A stretch of DNA of 63,086 nt, filler included, from Octopus bimaculoides (GCF_001194135.2; 4 parts of 3 records of this genome joined end to end with filler, not necessarily neighbours in it); one strand, 5' to 3'; positions 14,850-28,819 are shown, counted from the whole stretch's first letter. Made by a program: numbers and translations. Notes: a model not told the origin generated them from the letters alone.

Positions 14850-15650
14850 TTGGTAACGCAGTGTAGGTAAAAATGCACCGGGGTCTTTAATCATCTGTCA
14901 AGTCACAAGTACCCGTAATACTTCCCTTAAGATGTGCGCTGTGACCAATGACTTTGCTTTTTGCAAGACATCAATATTGTATGGGATTTCCAGTTGCCTT
15001 AAGAAGTCTTGAAGTTTCAATTGGATTGAGCCCGACGCCCCAATTACCCAGAGTATCATTACTTTTCCATCCTCCTACACAGCTTTCCTTGATACATGCG
15101 TATACTAGTTCTCTGTTACTTCATATTAGTATTTACGGCATAAAAGTCAATGATGATACACACATACTTTATCGTGGCGGCGCTTGTATTCTTTTTGTGC
15201 AAGTCTCTCACATCCACATTCTTTCCACTGAGTCTGCATTTCTCGGTTTCAGAAGTTTTATAGATGTTATACTTCACCGAATTGGTAGCGGGAGCCTGGT
15301 CTTGTGTAGCAATGATCAGGAATTGTGTGATACGCTTCAGATCACCTCACTGAAGCCATGCCCACGAGACTGGATTGTCCTAACGTCTTCTGTATGCATT
15401 TCAATTTGTCCATGCATACTCATTTCAAGAAGGTCTTCCTTTCTCTTTTCCTCAGCTCTTTGGTTATACTCTTCCTTAGTTAAACTTCTTTTCTTAAACT
15501 ACCTTTGGTTAAACTCTAATGCAAAAAACGCTACTGTCTTCCCTAATTGGACATGCAAACGAACATCTCTAGAAAACTTTAACACTTTAATATCTACAAT
15601 CTTGCGTGAAAATGTTATCTTACTTTTCTCCCTTGACTACCCGAATGTGT
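14850..15650 (-). mobile_element. 3' end of R4/Dong-clade LINE (Zn-finger / restriction-like endonuclease region)
   Basis: Minus-strand translation gives IATQDQAPATN, EKCRL, EYKRRHDKV (15165-15191) and LQKAKSLVTAHILREVL, followed by an (AAT)n tail. The + strand ORF 14948-15652 is its antisense shadow. Confidence 0.85.
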
Positions 15651-15842
15651 AAACACATATTTTATTTCAACAACACACTTAAATGCACGATAAAAACGAT
15701 TAAGGAGGTAAACACCTGCCAATATAAACAGACTGCACAGATACAAAAACTGTAAACCACAGAAAAACTAATAAAAAATATCAGAAATTCAAATATTCAA
15801 CGAAGTGAACATCAGTATATATATACATACATACATGTCCAT

Positions 15843-15879
<37 letters not shown>

Positions 15880-16384
15880 NNNNNNNNNNNNNNNNNNNNN
15901 NNNNNNNNNNNNNNNNNNNNNNNNNNNNNNNNNNNNNNNNNNNNNNNNNNNNNNNNNNNNNNNNNNNNNNNNNNNNNNNNNNNNNNNNNNNNNNNNNNNN
16001 NNNNNNNNNNNNNNNNNNNNNNNNNNNNNNNNNNNNNNNNNNNNNNNNNNTTATTTTTTCTATCAGTAATTAACAATAGAACAAGGTGACTTGCTTCTTT
16101 TCAAGGTCAAGGTTAGCGCTCTCATTGATCGCAAGTAGTAGTAAACACTGTCTCAAAGAGTGTGTGGCCTCTTTTGTCTCCTTATAGCACAGGAATGTTT
16201 ATTGCTGACCTTGTCACCATTTGCTGAATTTATTTACAGACCTGTAGGTTTTGATCTATTCACCAAGCTGCTACTCTTCCTCCTACTATTCCCTTCAACA
16301 CTCATATATTTATGATTATCTCAAGTACAAGACAAAAGTTGAAACTAAACAACATTTGATATTACCTTTTAATAATAAATGGAA

Positions 16385-16437
<53 letters not shown>

Positions 16438-16439
16438 GA

Positions 16440-16880
16440 TAATACGTTTCTTGCGGAAAACAATCTTTTACCTGTAGAACAAAAGGGATGCCGAAAATGA
16501 TCTAAGGGCACCAAGGACTAATTTGTGATAGACAAGGTTCTAATAAAGAACTGTAAACGGTACCAAAAACCAATTATGCATGGCCTGGATAGACTTCAGA
16601 AAGACTTACGACATGTTGCTCCATTCTTGGATTTTGGAAAAAAACTCGACAGGTGTGGAATAGCTGAGAATATGTGTGCACTGAATGGGAACAGCTTGCC
16701 TAGTTGGCAAATGCGTCTTTCCTGCAACAACCAGTATTTAGCTGAGGTAACAACCAAAAGAAGTATCTTCCAAAGAGACTCTTGTTCACCGTTGTTGTTT
16801 GTTATAGCCTTGGTCCCACTTTCTGTAGTCCTACGTAAAATCAACGTGCACTACGTGCACTATGACCGGAGAAAGAACGG
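16440..16880 (+). mobile_element. R4/Dong-clade LINE RT fragment
   Basis: NNLLPVEQKGC, VIDKVLIKNCK and IFQRDSCSPLLFVIALVPLS (RT motif 4-like). Directly preceded by (AAT)n at 16390-16436. Confidence 0.8.
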
Positions 16881-19739
16881 ATCTCGTCTCAACGATCTTC
16901 TTACAGAGGATGTAAGCCGTACCTTAAGAATAATGCAATTTCATATGAAATGATCGTACAATACAGAACTAATTTTAAACGAAGCCGGCATCAATTAATT
17001 CTTTCGAACTTCCGGGTTCAATAACATGTAGTACGAGCAATTTGCTGGAATGTATTAGTTAACGGATAATATTATTTCTGAGGCTCTTCCAGCAAGAAAG
17101 TACGGATTAGAATCTGGATTCGAAATGTCTTATAACTGCTAGTGATTTGAATTTGTATGACGTTTGAAGCATATAACTTCAGTATATTTGGAGGAGCAGT
17201 AAACCCCAATAATAATAATCTTTGTGCAGCATGTCGATGGACGCAATTTCTTTTTAAAAATACAAATGTTGCTGTTGGTGGTATTTATCATAACTGTAAT
17301 TATATCCAACACTTGCAAGTGAGTATTACTCAGTAAAGCAATATGCCTTTCCAAATTGCTTTGGTGCCGTTGTAAACGATAACAGAAATGCACACACACA
17401 GTTTTGTGTATGGACACGGTGGTTCTTTTGAGGTTGAAGCTGAGATAAATATCAGCTGACGGAGGTTACCGTTCTTTATCCATCCAGCAGCCAGATCCTA
17501 GATATACCAATGGGCCGCATTCAGGACTACTTTCTCCAGACACATAACTTACCGCCTGATACAAGAGTCGAACTGACTACTGTGAACACAATGACTTAAA
17601 CAGTACGTGACCTGCCTTGTCTTGATCCATACAATAGCAATTATTTGCTATCTACTTGAAATCAACTACTATCCAGAATAGGAAAGATATCTTTAAAAAA
17701 ACGCATTTTTCAGCAGTTGCTCATGATCTATTATTGATATTTCGGATAGTATTCCGATATCATGGTTACATGGCCAGTTTCGTCTTTCATCGGGTCGAGA
17801 TGGATTGTCATAATTAAATGTAGTTAGAAACACAAAATGTGATACCTTGATTATCCAGACATTTCATATTGCTTTGGCAAAAACACATCATAAGGAATTT
17901 ACATATTTTCGTGTTACAATTTTACACTGTTGCAGATAAAATTATACCTTTTCTAAACTTTTGCTTTTACTTGTTTCTCCAAGCCACTTATTATCCTGTA
18001 GCAGTTTACGGACAGCATTTATTATGTAGTTAGTTATAGTTGTCACCTAAAATGAAAGATAAATAAATTATATTTTAATGTAAATATAGAGTGATAATAT
18101 TTCAAAGGATAATCAGCAAGATTTTCATAATGTAAACCAATATTCAAATTGTAATATTTATTTCAAAACAGATATGTTTTATTATTGAAACTAAAATCAT
18201 TTTAAATAAAACGACTCTAAAACAACTCTAACTCAACTAATTGTCTTTAACATTACTTCCATTTAACTAAACGTATGGCTGTGTGTTATGTCTACTAATT
18301 ATTCCATTTAGAGTTAAAGAAGTTCTTTTTATTTTCTATGATTATTGATTTTTTTTCTCTGACACGGCTGTCGCGTAGGATTGATATAAGAGAGAGAGAC
18401 ATAATTTTATGACATTTATGACACTTGTTATTGGTTTTGTTATTGGTTCTGCAGTACGAGTGAAGTATTTACTGTTCATGTCTTCGTCAGAAAATTATCT
18501 GTTGTCAAAATGGTAGAGAGGTTAGAGAATAGTAGAGACTACCTTGTGCATTTCTCACGGTAATTTGAGTTTCAATCCCACTAAGGTTGTACTTTCTATT
18601 TAGCTTTGATAAACAACCAGTTAAGAACTACAGCCAATTCTTCTCTCCATCCACCTCTCTCTCTCTCTTTGGGACCAGCAGTGGCAGGGCTCATAAAGAC
18701 CCATTTAATATGAGAATCTTGCAACCTTATAGAATAAGAGATATACAACTTGCTGCGGTTCTAAGAAAACCTACGAAAATAATACACCAGATGATGACGA
18801 CGACCATACAGAAGTAGAACAAAGGTTGGAAAGTGAGACTACATATTTGTGAAAATGAATGCGGTAAATGCGGTGGTTTGCAGAAAATTTATTTGCAGAA
18901 AATTTATTATGAGCTAAATCGAACCTTTAATATATACTGCTGTTATCAGAAGGATTGGTGCCTGATCTTATTGTTAAGGAAGCATAAGTGATATTACTAA
19001 TTTGATTGAGTTTCTTTCCTAAATAAAGTTCCAAGTATTTTAAGTAGCAGGTGCATTTTACGGATTATATTATTAGATTTTAAGATAATTAATGGGAAAT
19101 GGCTAATTAACGTAAACATTTAGCTACAAGCTTAAAGAAACTCATAAAGAAATGTAAGTGGAAAGCATTGAAATAATGAACACATGTGGATTATATTTAC
19201 TTGTTGAAATACGAGTGCTAGTTGAAGTGAAGAAATTTAGAAATGAATACGAAGGAGATATCATTGACAGCAAAGCAAATAATTTTTTGGGGAATTCTTG
19301 AAGGGTAACAAATTAACGTCTCCAAAGAACATAAATATCAAAACAAACTATTTTCAAAAATAATTTTATATTTGATTTTTCGTCAGACATTAACTTAAAT
19401 TTGAAGTGAAGAAAAGACATCGTTTATATTCTTTCAATTTGATTATGAATATAACGATTAAAATTGTGGAAATATATAAATGTGGCAAAACCAGAAAGTG
19501 AGCTAAACAACGAGAGCTTAATGACGAATAATTTCATTACATACTTTTCATTGAATATTGTTTGCTATTGATTCAATATTACATGCTGAACAGCGTTTAC
19601 CTTCCACGATGAAATCAGTGCCATTATATCCAAACTTAACTCACATATTGACCATTTCTCAGATTAATAAGGGAGATATTCCAAGTTACTCGGACTGAGA
19701 AAATCGGATAGCAGCAACGACAAACACACACATACATAC

Positions 19740-19883
19740 ATAGAGTATGATCACAGAGTTTTGACAATAGTTTTAAGGCAAGTGTGTTTGTTATTGAAGC
19801 CACAGTTTCCGATTTAAACCAACTTTTTGTAGAGACGCAGTCTTCACCTATGATGCAAGACAATTGGTTGTACAGCAACTCAC
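19740..19883 (-). CDS. Probable exon of M13-like peptidase gene (exon f)
   Basis: gtctgtgcctcacag acceptor and GTATGT donor, 144 nt, phase 1-1: (G)ELLYNQLSCIIGEDCVSTKSWFKSETVASITNTLALKLLSKLCDHTL. STKSWFKSET has the spacing of ECE1 STLKWMDEET. The start phase conflicts with exon e (see findings). Confidence 0.45.
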
Positions 19884-19964
19884 CTGTGAGGCACAGACAT
19901 AGGATGAGTCAAAACAATCGTAGTTGATTCGAGTAAAGAATCTCATTAATTCCATTTTGTGTAT

Positions 19965-20014
<50 letters not shown>

Positions 20015-20621
20015 TCCCTCTATCTGTCTCTATTTCCATTTATCTGCCTGTCTGCCTGTCTATCTCAACTTTATATATATNNNNNNNNNNNNNNNNNNNN
20101 NNNNNNNNNNNNNNNNNNNNNNNNNNNNNNNNNNNNNNNNNNNNNNNNNNNNNNNNNNNNNNNNNNNNNNNNNNNNNNNNNNNNNNNNNNNNNNNNNNNN
20201 NNNNNNNNNNNNNNNNNNNNNNNNNNNNNNNNNNNNNNNNNNNNNNNNNNNNNNNNNNNNNNNNNNNNNNNNNNNNNNNNNNNNNNNNNNNNNNNNNNNN
20301 NNNNNNNNNNNNNNNNNNNNNNNNNNNNNNNNNNNNNNNNNNNNNNNNNNNNNNNNNNNNNNNNNNNNNNNNNNNNNNNNNNNNNNNNNNNNNNNNNNNN
20401 NNNNNNNNNNNNNNNNNNNNNNNNNNNNNNNNNNNNNNNNNNNNNNNNNNNNNNNNNNNNNNNNNNNNNNNNNNNNNNNNNNNNNNNNNNNNNNNNNNNN
20501 NNNNNNNNNNNNNNNNNNNNNNNNNNNNNNNNNNGCCTACGCTCTTCGAGAGAAGATATAAAGAGGGGGAAATCGGAGAGAGAATAAATGAAAAAGCTGG
20601 GAGAGAGAAAATATGCATGTG

Positions 20622-20653
<32 letters not shown>

Positions 20654-22090
20654 TGTATGTATGTATGTATGTATGTATTTACATATAACGAACATATGTT
20701 TCAGGGTATAACCATATTTTCATCTATGTGTGTCTGTATATGTGTTTTGAATTTTGCGTTGAAATCTGTAGAAACTGAAAGTTATTTAGAAATAAATTTT
20801 GCGCTGTTTCTCTCATATATAAATTCCATTTCCTTGTTACCTATTACCGTCATTGTACCTGGTAACACCTTTTTTTTTTAGACATGATCATGTATTATTA
20901 TGTAGAATTAATAATGGATATATTATGTACATGCACAGACACACGCGCATACATACATACATGCATACATTCATTTTACCCCAGTGTCACTTTGATGGCA
21001 TGCACTGCTCTCTCACTCCATATATACATACATATCATGTACACATTATACACTATTTGATTTTGTATTTGGCATGCTTGATTCGTGTTGTTAATTTATG
21101 TGTTGAAACAAATCCTGTGTCTTGGTCATTACGTAAATAATAACACAGGCATTGGTTCAGTACCATGTCTCTAATCTTAGTCAATTACTGAAATAGCTGA
21201 CCTACTATTGAATAGATCGGTTGTTTGTTAGTCTAAGTCCTTCCGTCGCAATTACCGACCTGTTCAATGCCACGCACTCTTACTTCAAGATCTACCCAGC
21301 GTTTACATTCTTATGCCTGTATTCATATATACCTGTATATATACCTGTATGTGTGTAAATAAATAGGCGTCTGCTTACAAAAGCAGATAAACGTAAGTGT
21401 ATGCAAGCTTGTATGTTTGAGTGATTGTGTGTGCACACCGGCGTGACCGCATTAAGCAAACGATTTCTGCATTGCTTAGATGTTTAAACAATTTACTAAC
21501 AATAAATAAGATATGGAACCAATGCATGTGTTATCGTTATTGGCAAAATTAACCACGCAAATTATACACATGCTCAAACACAGACGATCGCGTGTGTGTG
21601 CGTGTGTATTGTTTGAGGATCAGATAGATTGATGTAACTTTGTGTCTGTGTGTGTACGTTTGTATGTGTATATGTAAATGCATTTGTGTGTTCGCGTGTG
21701 TGTGTGGGTGGGGGTGGGGGGTTGTGAGTAAATAAGTTATTCAATCTATACCAGAAATGACCACGCATTTATTGTGTGCGAAATACATCCATTTATGTCA
21801 TAAACTGCAAGCTAAATGTGAATGAACAACTTAAAAGATCTTGAACTTTGTTTCCTGGCAGCAACCTGAAATCTCTCAGAAAGAAAAGACAAAGAACTTT
21901 TAAGTAACGAGTAATAACAATATGATACACTTTGAATACAACATTTCTCAAAAAATGATCATTGATCATGTGCATTGAATACAGTGTCGTGTTTTAAATT
22001 ACTCATACGCGACTTTGTGCTTCGATACAAGATTTGACATAACAAATGACAGATGAAATAGTTTGTACTAAAGTTGTTCTATAGAATTAC

Positions 22091-22225
22091 CTCTTTTACT
22101 GCATTTCTCTGATTGTTCATGAAATACTTTTGCACGAACATCCAACCTAAAACATGTTTAAAGTCTTCTGTGAATATGTTATAACATTCCTCTGCTCTCT
22201 CGTCGCTGTTCACCGCATATTTATT
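22091..22225 (-). CDS. Exon of M13 (neprilysin/ECE)-like peptidase gene (exon e, best match)
   Basis: Strong acceptor (tttacatttctcattaccag), donors GCA|GTAAAA or GAG|GTAATT, phase 0-0: NKYAVNSDERAEECYNIFTEDFKHVLGWMFVQKYFMNNQRNAVKE. Same spacing as ECE1 [36 protein letters not shown] (R-x3-C-x11-LG-x-MFV-x3-F). Confidence 0.65.
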
Positions 22226-22306
22226 CTGGTAATGAGAAATGTAAACGTTTGCAAGACAGAATTTTCTGTTACATATATTAAATGCTTTATGAAATGAATA
22301 TTTCAT

Positions 22307-22337
<31 letters not shown>

Positions 22338-22338
22338 T

Positions 22339-22438
22339 NNNNNNNNNNNNNNNNNNNNNNNNNNNNNNNNNNNNNNNNNNNNTTAATTAATTAANNNNNN
22401 NNNNNNNNNNNNNNNNNNNNNNNNNNNNNNNNNNNNNN
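22339..22438. other. Assembly gap with artificial TTAATTAATTAA spacer (also 42167-42266 and 53182-53281)
   Basis: Three 100-nt gaps each contain the same 12-mer at the same offset (22383, 42211, 53226). It gives stops in all six frames, as a scaffolding spacer would. Confidence 0.9.
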
Positions 22439-22469
<31 letters not shown>

Positions 22470-22723
22470 ATATATATTATTTTGTTTAAAAGAGTTCCAA
22501 CTCAACCCTGTCTGTTTTTTATGTTTTATTTATATTCTTGTAAAATTAATGTGGGATATAGAATATGGAATATACAATATATAATATAAAAATGGATGGT
22601 ACAATGAAATAAAGTATTGAATGTCTTGTTGAATATATGGAATATGTCTTATTGAATAGATGAAATATTGAGTGTTCAATATGAAGGATTAAATATATAA
22701 AGGCGAATATGTATTTTCTATAC

Positions 22724-22861
22724 CTTGTGGTATTTCATCATGGCCGGTATGACAGACTTTAACAGACTGTTAAAGCAAAATGTGCTGGTTTTCTCCTGGT
22801 TGAAGTTTTCAAGTTTCGTTAACAGGTTATTAAAGAAGTCGTATTGCCGTCCTTCAAAGAA
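22724..22861 (-). CDS. Probable exon of M13-like peptidase gene (exon d)
   Basis: gttatcag acceptor and AAG|GTATAG donor, 138 nt, phase 0-0: FFEGRQYDFFNNLLTKLENFNQEKTSTFCFNSLLKSVIPAMMKYHK. Resembles the M13 EYFxxLxxLL...LVKSxxP helix pair. Confidence 0.55.
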
Positions 22862-25409
22862 CTGATAACATATCAGTGCGATAGTCTCGAAAATAAATGT
22901 TGTTTACTTAAAAAGGATATGCCAAGGAATTGGAAATTAAATATTTATTTAATTGTTCTAGCTTAATATGTGACTGCTGTCTATAGCAGCTGCATGTTCG
23001 ATGCATGCTTCCTTTCGGAGAACTCGCTATAAAACCGTGGAGTAGACCACCAGCAGACTCAATCGGAAATATATGGTCTGCGTTTTTAATATCGCCAATG
23101 CGTAAAATAGCATAAAATTCGAGGTGCAGTCCAAAAGTACACCACTTTATTTCTTCCCGCCAATCATTCCTCTGTCGTGCGGGCAAAATCCTTTGGATGA
23201 GAGTCTTTTTGTACGAGTGTGACAACATTCGAATATTCTTGCGCATGTGGGACTCTTCTTCCGCAAGTGCGACAGCATTCGCATCGGTAGGGCGGGCCAG
23301 TTTAGTGTGCGTGCGTGAGATTTTNNNNNNNNNNNNNNNNNNNNNNNNNNNNNNNNNNNNNNNNNNNNNNNNNNNNNNNNNNNNNNNNNNNNNNNNNNNN
23401 NNNNNNNNNNNNNNNNNNNNNNNNNNNNNNNNNNNNNNNNNNNNNNNNNNNNNNNNNNNNNNNNNNNNNNNNNNNNNNNNNNNNNNNNNNNNNNNNNNNN
23501 NNNNNNNNNNNNNNNNNNNNNNNNNNNNNNNNNNNNNNNNNNNNNNNNNNNNNNNNNNNNNNNNNNNNNNNNNNNNNNNNNNNNNNNNNNNNNNNNNNNN
23601 NNNNNNNNNNNNNNNNNNNNNNNNNNNNNNNNNNNNNNNNNNNNNNNNNNNNNNNNNNNNNNNNNNNNNNNNNNNNNNNNNNNNNNNNNNNNNNNNNNNN
23701 NNNNNNNNNNNNNNNNNNNNNNNNNNNNNNNNNNNNNNNNNNNNNNNNNNNNNNNNNNNNNNNNNNNNNNNNNNNNNNNNNNNNNNNNNNNNNNNNNNNN
23801 NNNNNNNNNNNNNNNNNNNNNNNNNNNNNNNNNNNNNNNNNNNNNNNNNNNNNCCAAAATGGGCGCAGTCTGCCGACGCGAAAATTTTCTCCCATGCAGA
23901 TATATCGCTGGGTCACTTCGTATCCAAATGATTTCTCCAACGCGGCCTTTTTTTTTTCCACGGGAAAAATTGGTATCTGGAAATTCTCGTAGATATTATA
24001 AAAATATAAATATTAAAAATTGGTATCTGAAACCTCTCGTAGATATTATAAATACAGATATATGGAGCTAGTGTAGGAATCTACAGATTTCTGATTAGGG
24101 CGACCTCGATTTATTCGTTTCGTTGTATTTACTGTGTAGCAGGTTCCTCAGATTGTATATATATTCATTTCATTTTTTTAGTCCACTTCGCAGCATTAGA
24201 ATATATGCGAGTATATAAATTGCTTATAGAAATAAGAAAACTCTTACGGGCAAAAATTCATACACAGATGCGCTTACAGCGACACGCACACATACGAATA
24301 GGAAGGCTTACTATGTAGATGCAGATTTGCATTTACGTACACAATGTATTTATATTTATACAGCTATTGTAATAAGTATATTGTGTTGACTTCAGTAAAC
24401 ATTATAGACATTTATACTATGATTATTGTGAAATGTCAAGTGTTTGCAGCTATTTAAGCAACAGAAATTCTGTTAGCTCCAATATATTTAACTTACAAAT
24501 ATAAACGAAAATTAAAATATGAGTTATAACTGTATCAATGATGTGATATGAACTGTAAATTCACAAGCTGGTTATAAATTACTCTACTTGCTTCAATTTG
24601 TATGACATGAAGAGAGGAGCGCACGTGCAATAACATATTGGGTGCCCATTAAAAAAAAAAAACATGTTACCGGACGCCTGCACGATAGTGATATTGTTTT
24701 ACGTTTAAATGTGTACATAAAAAAAGAAAATTAGTTCTAAACACAATCATATGTGAAGAAAGAGGAGCACATCTTTACACATACATATTTATATTTAAAA
24801 TTACGTACATACAGATTCATATAAACGTATATCTGTATGGATATATGTATTTGTGCATATATACGTATGAATTTATGCATGCATATTTCCATATATATAT
24901 ATATATATATATATATATTGACGTGCCATTATATAGGGCTGTACGGCGCGACAGTGAAGCAATCGTTCAATGCACTGGAGCCGAATTGTTTAATTTCAAG
25001 GGGAATGTGACGCAGGGGCACAAAATCCTCAAACCAACAAATCATTAGTGATGAGAGCCTTCGCATGCGTACTTCATATATACATATATACATTTGCATT
25101 TCTTAAACAGAAAAGGACCGCAAAAGATACTTATACGCACACATTTATACACTTATATGTATATATATGTTTGGGTATGTAAGTTCTGTGTGTATGAGAG
25201 AGAGAGAGGGAGACAGACAGAAAGGGAGACAGAGAGAGTATATGTGTTTATACAAGTTTGACGATATATGTAATCATAGATTCATCACCCAAGCATACAA
25301 GTGCACACAATTCAAGTGACACACTTGCCGGGATACACGGGCATATACACGTACACGCTCACACACAGAAACATATGCGTGTGCACCCACACACCGAAAC
25401 ACCGACACA

Positions 25410-25453
<44 letters not shown>

Positions 25454-26457
25454 CACACTCATCCAAACACCGAAACACTCTCATACACACAAGTAAGATT
25501 TGCACGTTCATATCACAAGCAGAAATTTAATCACATACTAAATATTATACATCATTCTGTGTATAATATTGCAGTTTCGTTATATTGATTTTATTAACCC
25601 GCTGGATGTGTATAAATTTACATATTGTTACTTTCAGTGTGTCCCTAATTCTTCCAATATCGATATATGCCATTCATGCATATGAAATTTTCTGGGGTTT
25701 GAAGACCTTTATCTACGAAAATTGATTATATTTCACATGTTCTTTGGGAATATATATTTACATTACAGCAGCAATTACTTAATGTCATAAAGTATTCTAC
25801 AACGCTTTCACGTAACTCCATTCTATTTATTAGCACAATATATTTAGTGTATATATTTGATAATGGTAATAAATAATACGTAGTAATATATTATTAATAA
25901 ATCTTTGTTGTTTAGGAATTTTCCTTTGGTACATAAAATCGGCGTTGGTGAAACTACAGATTCATTTTCATACGAAATTAAAGTCTTTTAGATTTCCAAG
26001 AAAAGAGAGAGTTGGAATTTTGTCCAAATTTTATCAAGCTCCACTTAAATAATTGTTTGAATTGACTGCTATATTAAATCATCTCTCCAGTTTTATTGAT
26101 ATGGAGGTAGGCTTTGCGCATTTTTGTGAAGCCAAACTTTAGACAGAATCAAATGAACACGTGGCGTCCTTCCATAATTGCCGGGTCTTCATTTTTAATG
26201 TATAATCGTTTGAGATACTTGCAACTAAATCAGTCAAATTTCCTAATGTGACTGGGAATGAAATATCGTCTTCATTTAGCTACATTCATGAATTATCCAA
26301 AATTTATATGCTTCAATTTTTTACTTTGGTAATATATATCCTTATCAATATTTATATATCTATTTTTAGAACACTCTTAACTTCCCTCTCTGTCTTTCCC
26401 TCTCGCTACACCACACATGATATACATGTGTGGTGGGTGTATGTATATGTATGTGTA

Positions 26458-26869
26458 TATAATAAGATGTGAGAATAGAAAGGTAATTAAAATATTTATT
26501 AATTGAAAAATTGACAAAAATCTTCTACAGCTGTTTCAATTCAGGCTCTCAGAAATTTAATTTAATTAAAATTATCTGAAGGTCGAATCTCTACAGAGGT
26601 AGATAAAGGTATAGCAAGTAGGTATTCAATTTTCTCATACTGAGTAAATAGTTTGCAGCCGTTTACTCAATATGAGAAAATTGCACTCCTACTTTGTATA
26701 ACTTCATGTACCTCTGAAGAGATTCGACTTTCAGATAAATTTGAGTTTAATTATTTAATTTTCCGAGAGCCTGAATTGAAACAGCTGTAACGGATGGTTG
26801 CCAATTTTTTTTTTATTAATAAACAATAGTTTATGAATTAACTTTCTATTCCCTCATCTTATTATTATA
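26458..26869. repeat. About 410-bp foldback palindrome (MITE-like)
   Basis: Left arm 26458-26649 is roughly 80% identical by eye to the reverse complement of 26662-26869 (e.g. tacagctgtttcaattcaggctctc / gagagcctgaattgaaacagctgta). Loop about 12 nt. Confidence 0.85.
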
Positions 26870-28624
26870 ATAAATAAAATAAACATAAACCACAGTTTAT
26901 ATAGCTACCTTGCAGTGGCGTATTCAATATACTGTTCATGACATTTTGTATAGGTAATTAGCCAGTACATTCATAAGATTCTGCTATCCCTGAATGAGGT
27001 TTGTAACCTTTAATTGTGCTATGTGGATGTGTGTGGGTGTGTGCTATGTGTGTGTGTGTGTGTGTATGAACAGTCAGCTTTTGCCGAATGACTTGCGGAA
27101 ATGAATTGTTTAGATTTATCAAATGTTTTGTGACACACATTAGTTCACTCTCTATATATCAAATAGACGTTGTCTGAACAGGTGCACGAGTCAATTCTCG
27201 AAATGATCACAAAGTAACTTGATATGAAGTTTTCTTCTGAAGGGTGAGTGAATCGTTATACTTTTATCTGCGGTGTTATGTATATTGTGCAATGAAACTA
27301 ATTTGTGATCGTTGTGTAATGATCTATGCAAGTATTGAATACTTACCATTTGAAATTAAGGGCAACCATAATCATTCATGCTTCAATATAGTATACAGAA
27401 GAATGTGTTATATATTTCCACAAGAAGTTTCTTTCAGTTTCGGGCTATGAAATGCACTCGCAAGGCTTTGCGCGACCCGTGTCTATAGTAGAAAACGCTT
27501 GCCTAAGGTGTCATGCGGTGGGACTCAACCTGGGAACGTGGCTGGAAAGAAAGTTTCGATTGACATTCCCACACACAAACTTGATTGCCATTTGATTTAC
27601 ATTCAAGTGAACAAAGTGAAAAGTTGATAAATATATGACAGTAATACCTAAATGTTTCCAAATGGTATGGCAAGTTTTAGCGTCACGGACCAATTTTATA
27701 CCGTCACATAAGCATAGTTATGTATAGTAACAATGTTCCAGGCCAACCAAGATTAAGTAAAACTGCAAACGCATCGACCGATGGTAATAATGTCAAAACT
27801 ACTGTTGTTAGTACACGCATGTTAACGATGGCGATAGAAATGTTTCTTAACACTTGCATTTTGTTGGATCATGTGTAATTTACACAGTATGTTCAACGTT
27901 TCAAAGTATTATTGCTCTGTCTATTGCAGTTGCCTGAAGGTGGAATGCAATTAGATATTTGCAAGAAATGGCAGACTTTATCGGAGAAACATAACTTACA
28001 ACTTCTGTTCTAAACATTTTTTTGGATGCAAGTTTACAAACAACAATACAAAATTTATCTCTGCAGACATAAGCCAATAATTTCGTTGTTTATCTATGAC
28101 AATAAAACTATCTAATATAATAAGTTATTTCGCCTTTTGATTTAACGTAAATATTATATAAAAACACAATACGGCAATTAACAAAATCTTGCTACAAAAT
28201 GATTTTTAATAATTTTACTAGCATCCTCAGGGGTCAATAAATTACTGTGCTTTCACAAAACAATGTCGGTTTGATAAACGAATTATTTAATGCGTTAATC
28301 GTTAGAAAAATTGCTCCAAATTTCAGACATAGAGAACAGGAGTGCAGAACTTTCACTATGTAAATATAATCGCGTTTCATTAGATACAAAGTAACAAAAA
28401 TAATTATTTATTCTAAGAACGTTCATTTCCAGATCATTTAATCAATCATTTTTTTGCATTAAACTATAAACTTAATCTATATTAACCTAAACTAAAATAT
28501 GTACACGGCTAATTCTTAATCACTATAGCGTGATACAGAATCATATAACGTAACGTCAAACATAAACGCCTGTACGCACACAAACACACACATATGCGCG
28601 CACACACACGCATGTATATTATTT

Positions 28625-28790
28625 TATTTCTTTACTAGTTGATTGCCACCATGCTGGAGTACTATCTTTCGGCGAACAAATGGATCCCAGTACTTATTCT
28701 ATCGGAACCGGTAAGTTACAGTGACATAAACAAACCCCCATCACTTGGCAAGCAATAGGGTGGGGACAAACACAGACACACAAACACAAA
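28625..28790 (-). mobile_element. SINE family B, 3' part (other partial copies at about 8590-8680, 9430-9620, 27440-27560, 54705-54800)
   Basis: ccaccatgctggagtac...gatcccagtacttattctatcgg...gtggggacaaacacagacac. Confidence 0.7.
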
Positions 28791-28819
28791 CATTTTCTTT
28801 CTACATGCCGGCTACTTAC

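Noticed and set aside
14948-15652. 234-aa + strand ORF as a gene
   Set aside because: It is the antisense shadow of the minus-strand R4/Dong endonuclease region.
17440-17500. WMDKE (minus strand) and ADGGYR (plus strand) resembling M13 motifs
   Set aside because: The flanking residues do not fit M13, stops are adjacent, and the order or strand is inconsistent with the gene model. The 17.0-17.55 kb block looks coding-like but could not be assigned.
22908-23246. 112-aa minus ORF with GDIKN resembling M13 DxKNS
   Set aside because: It is not colinear with the neighbouring M13-like exons, and it lies in GC-rich repeat-like DNA flanking a gap.
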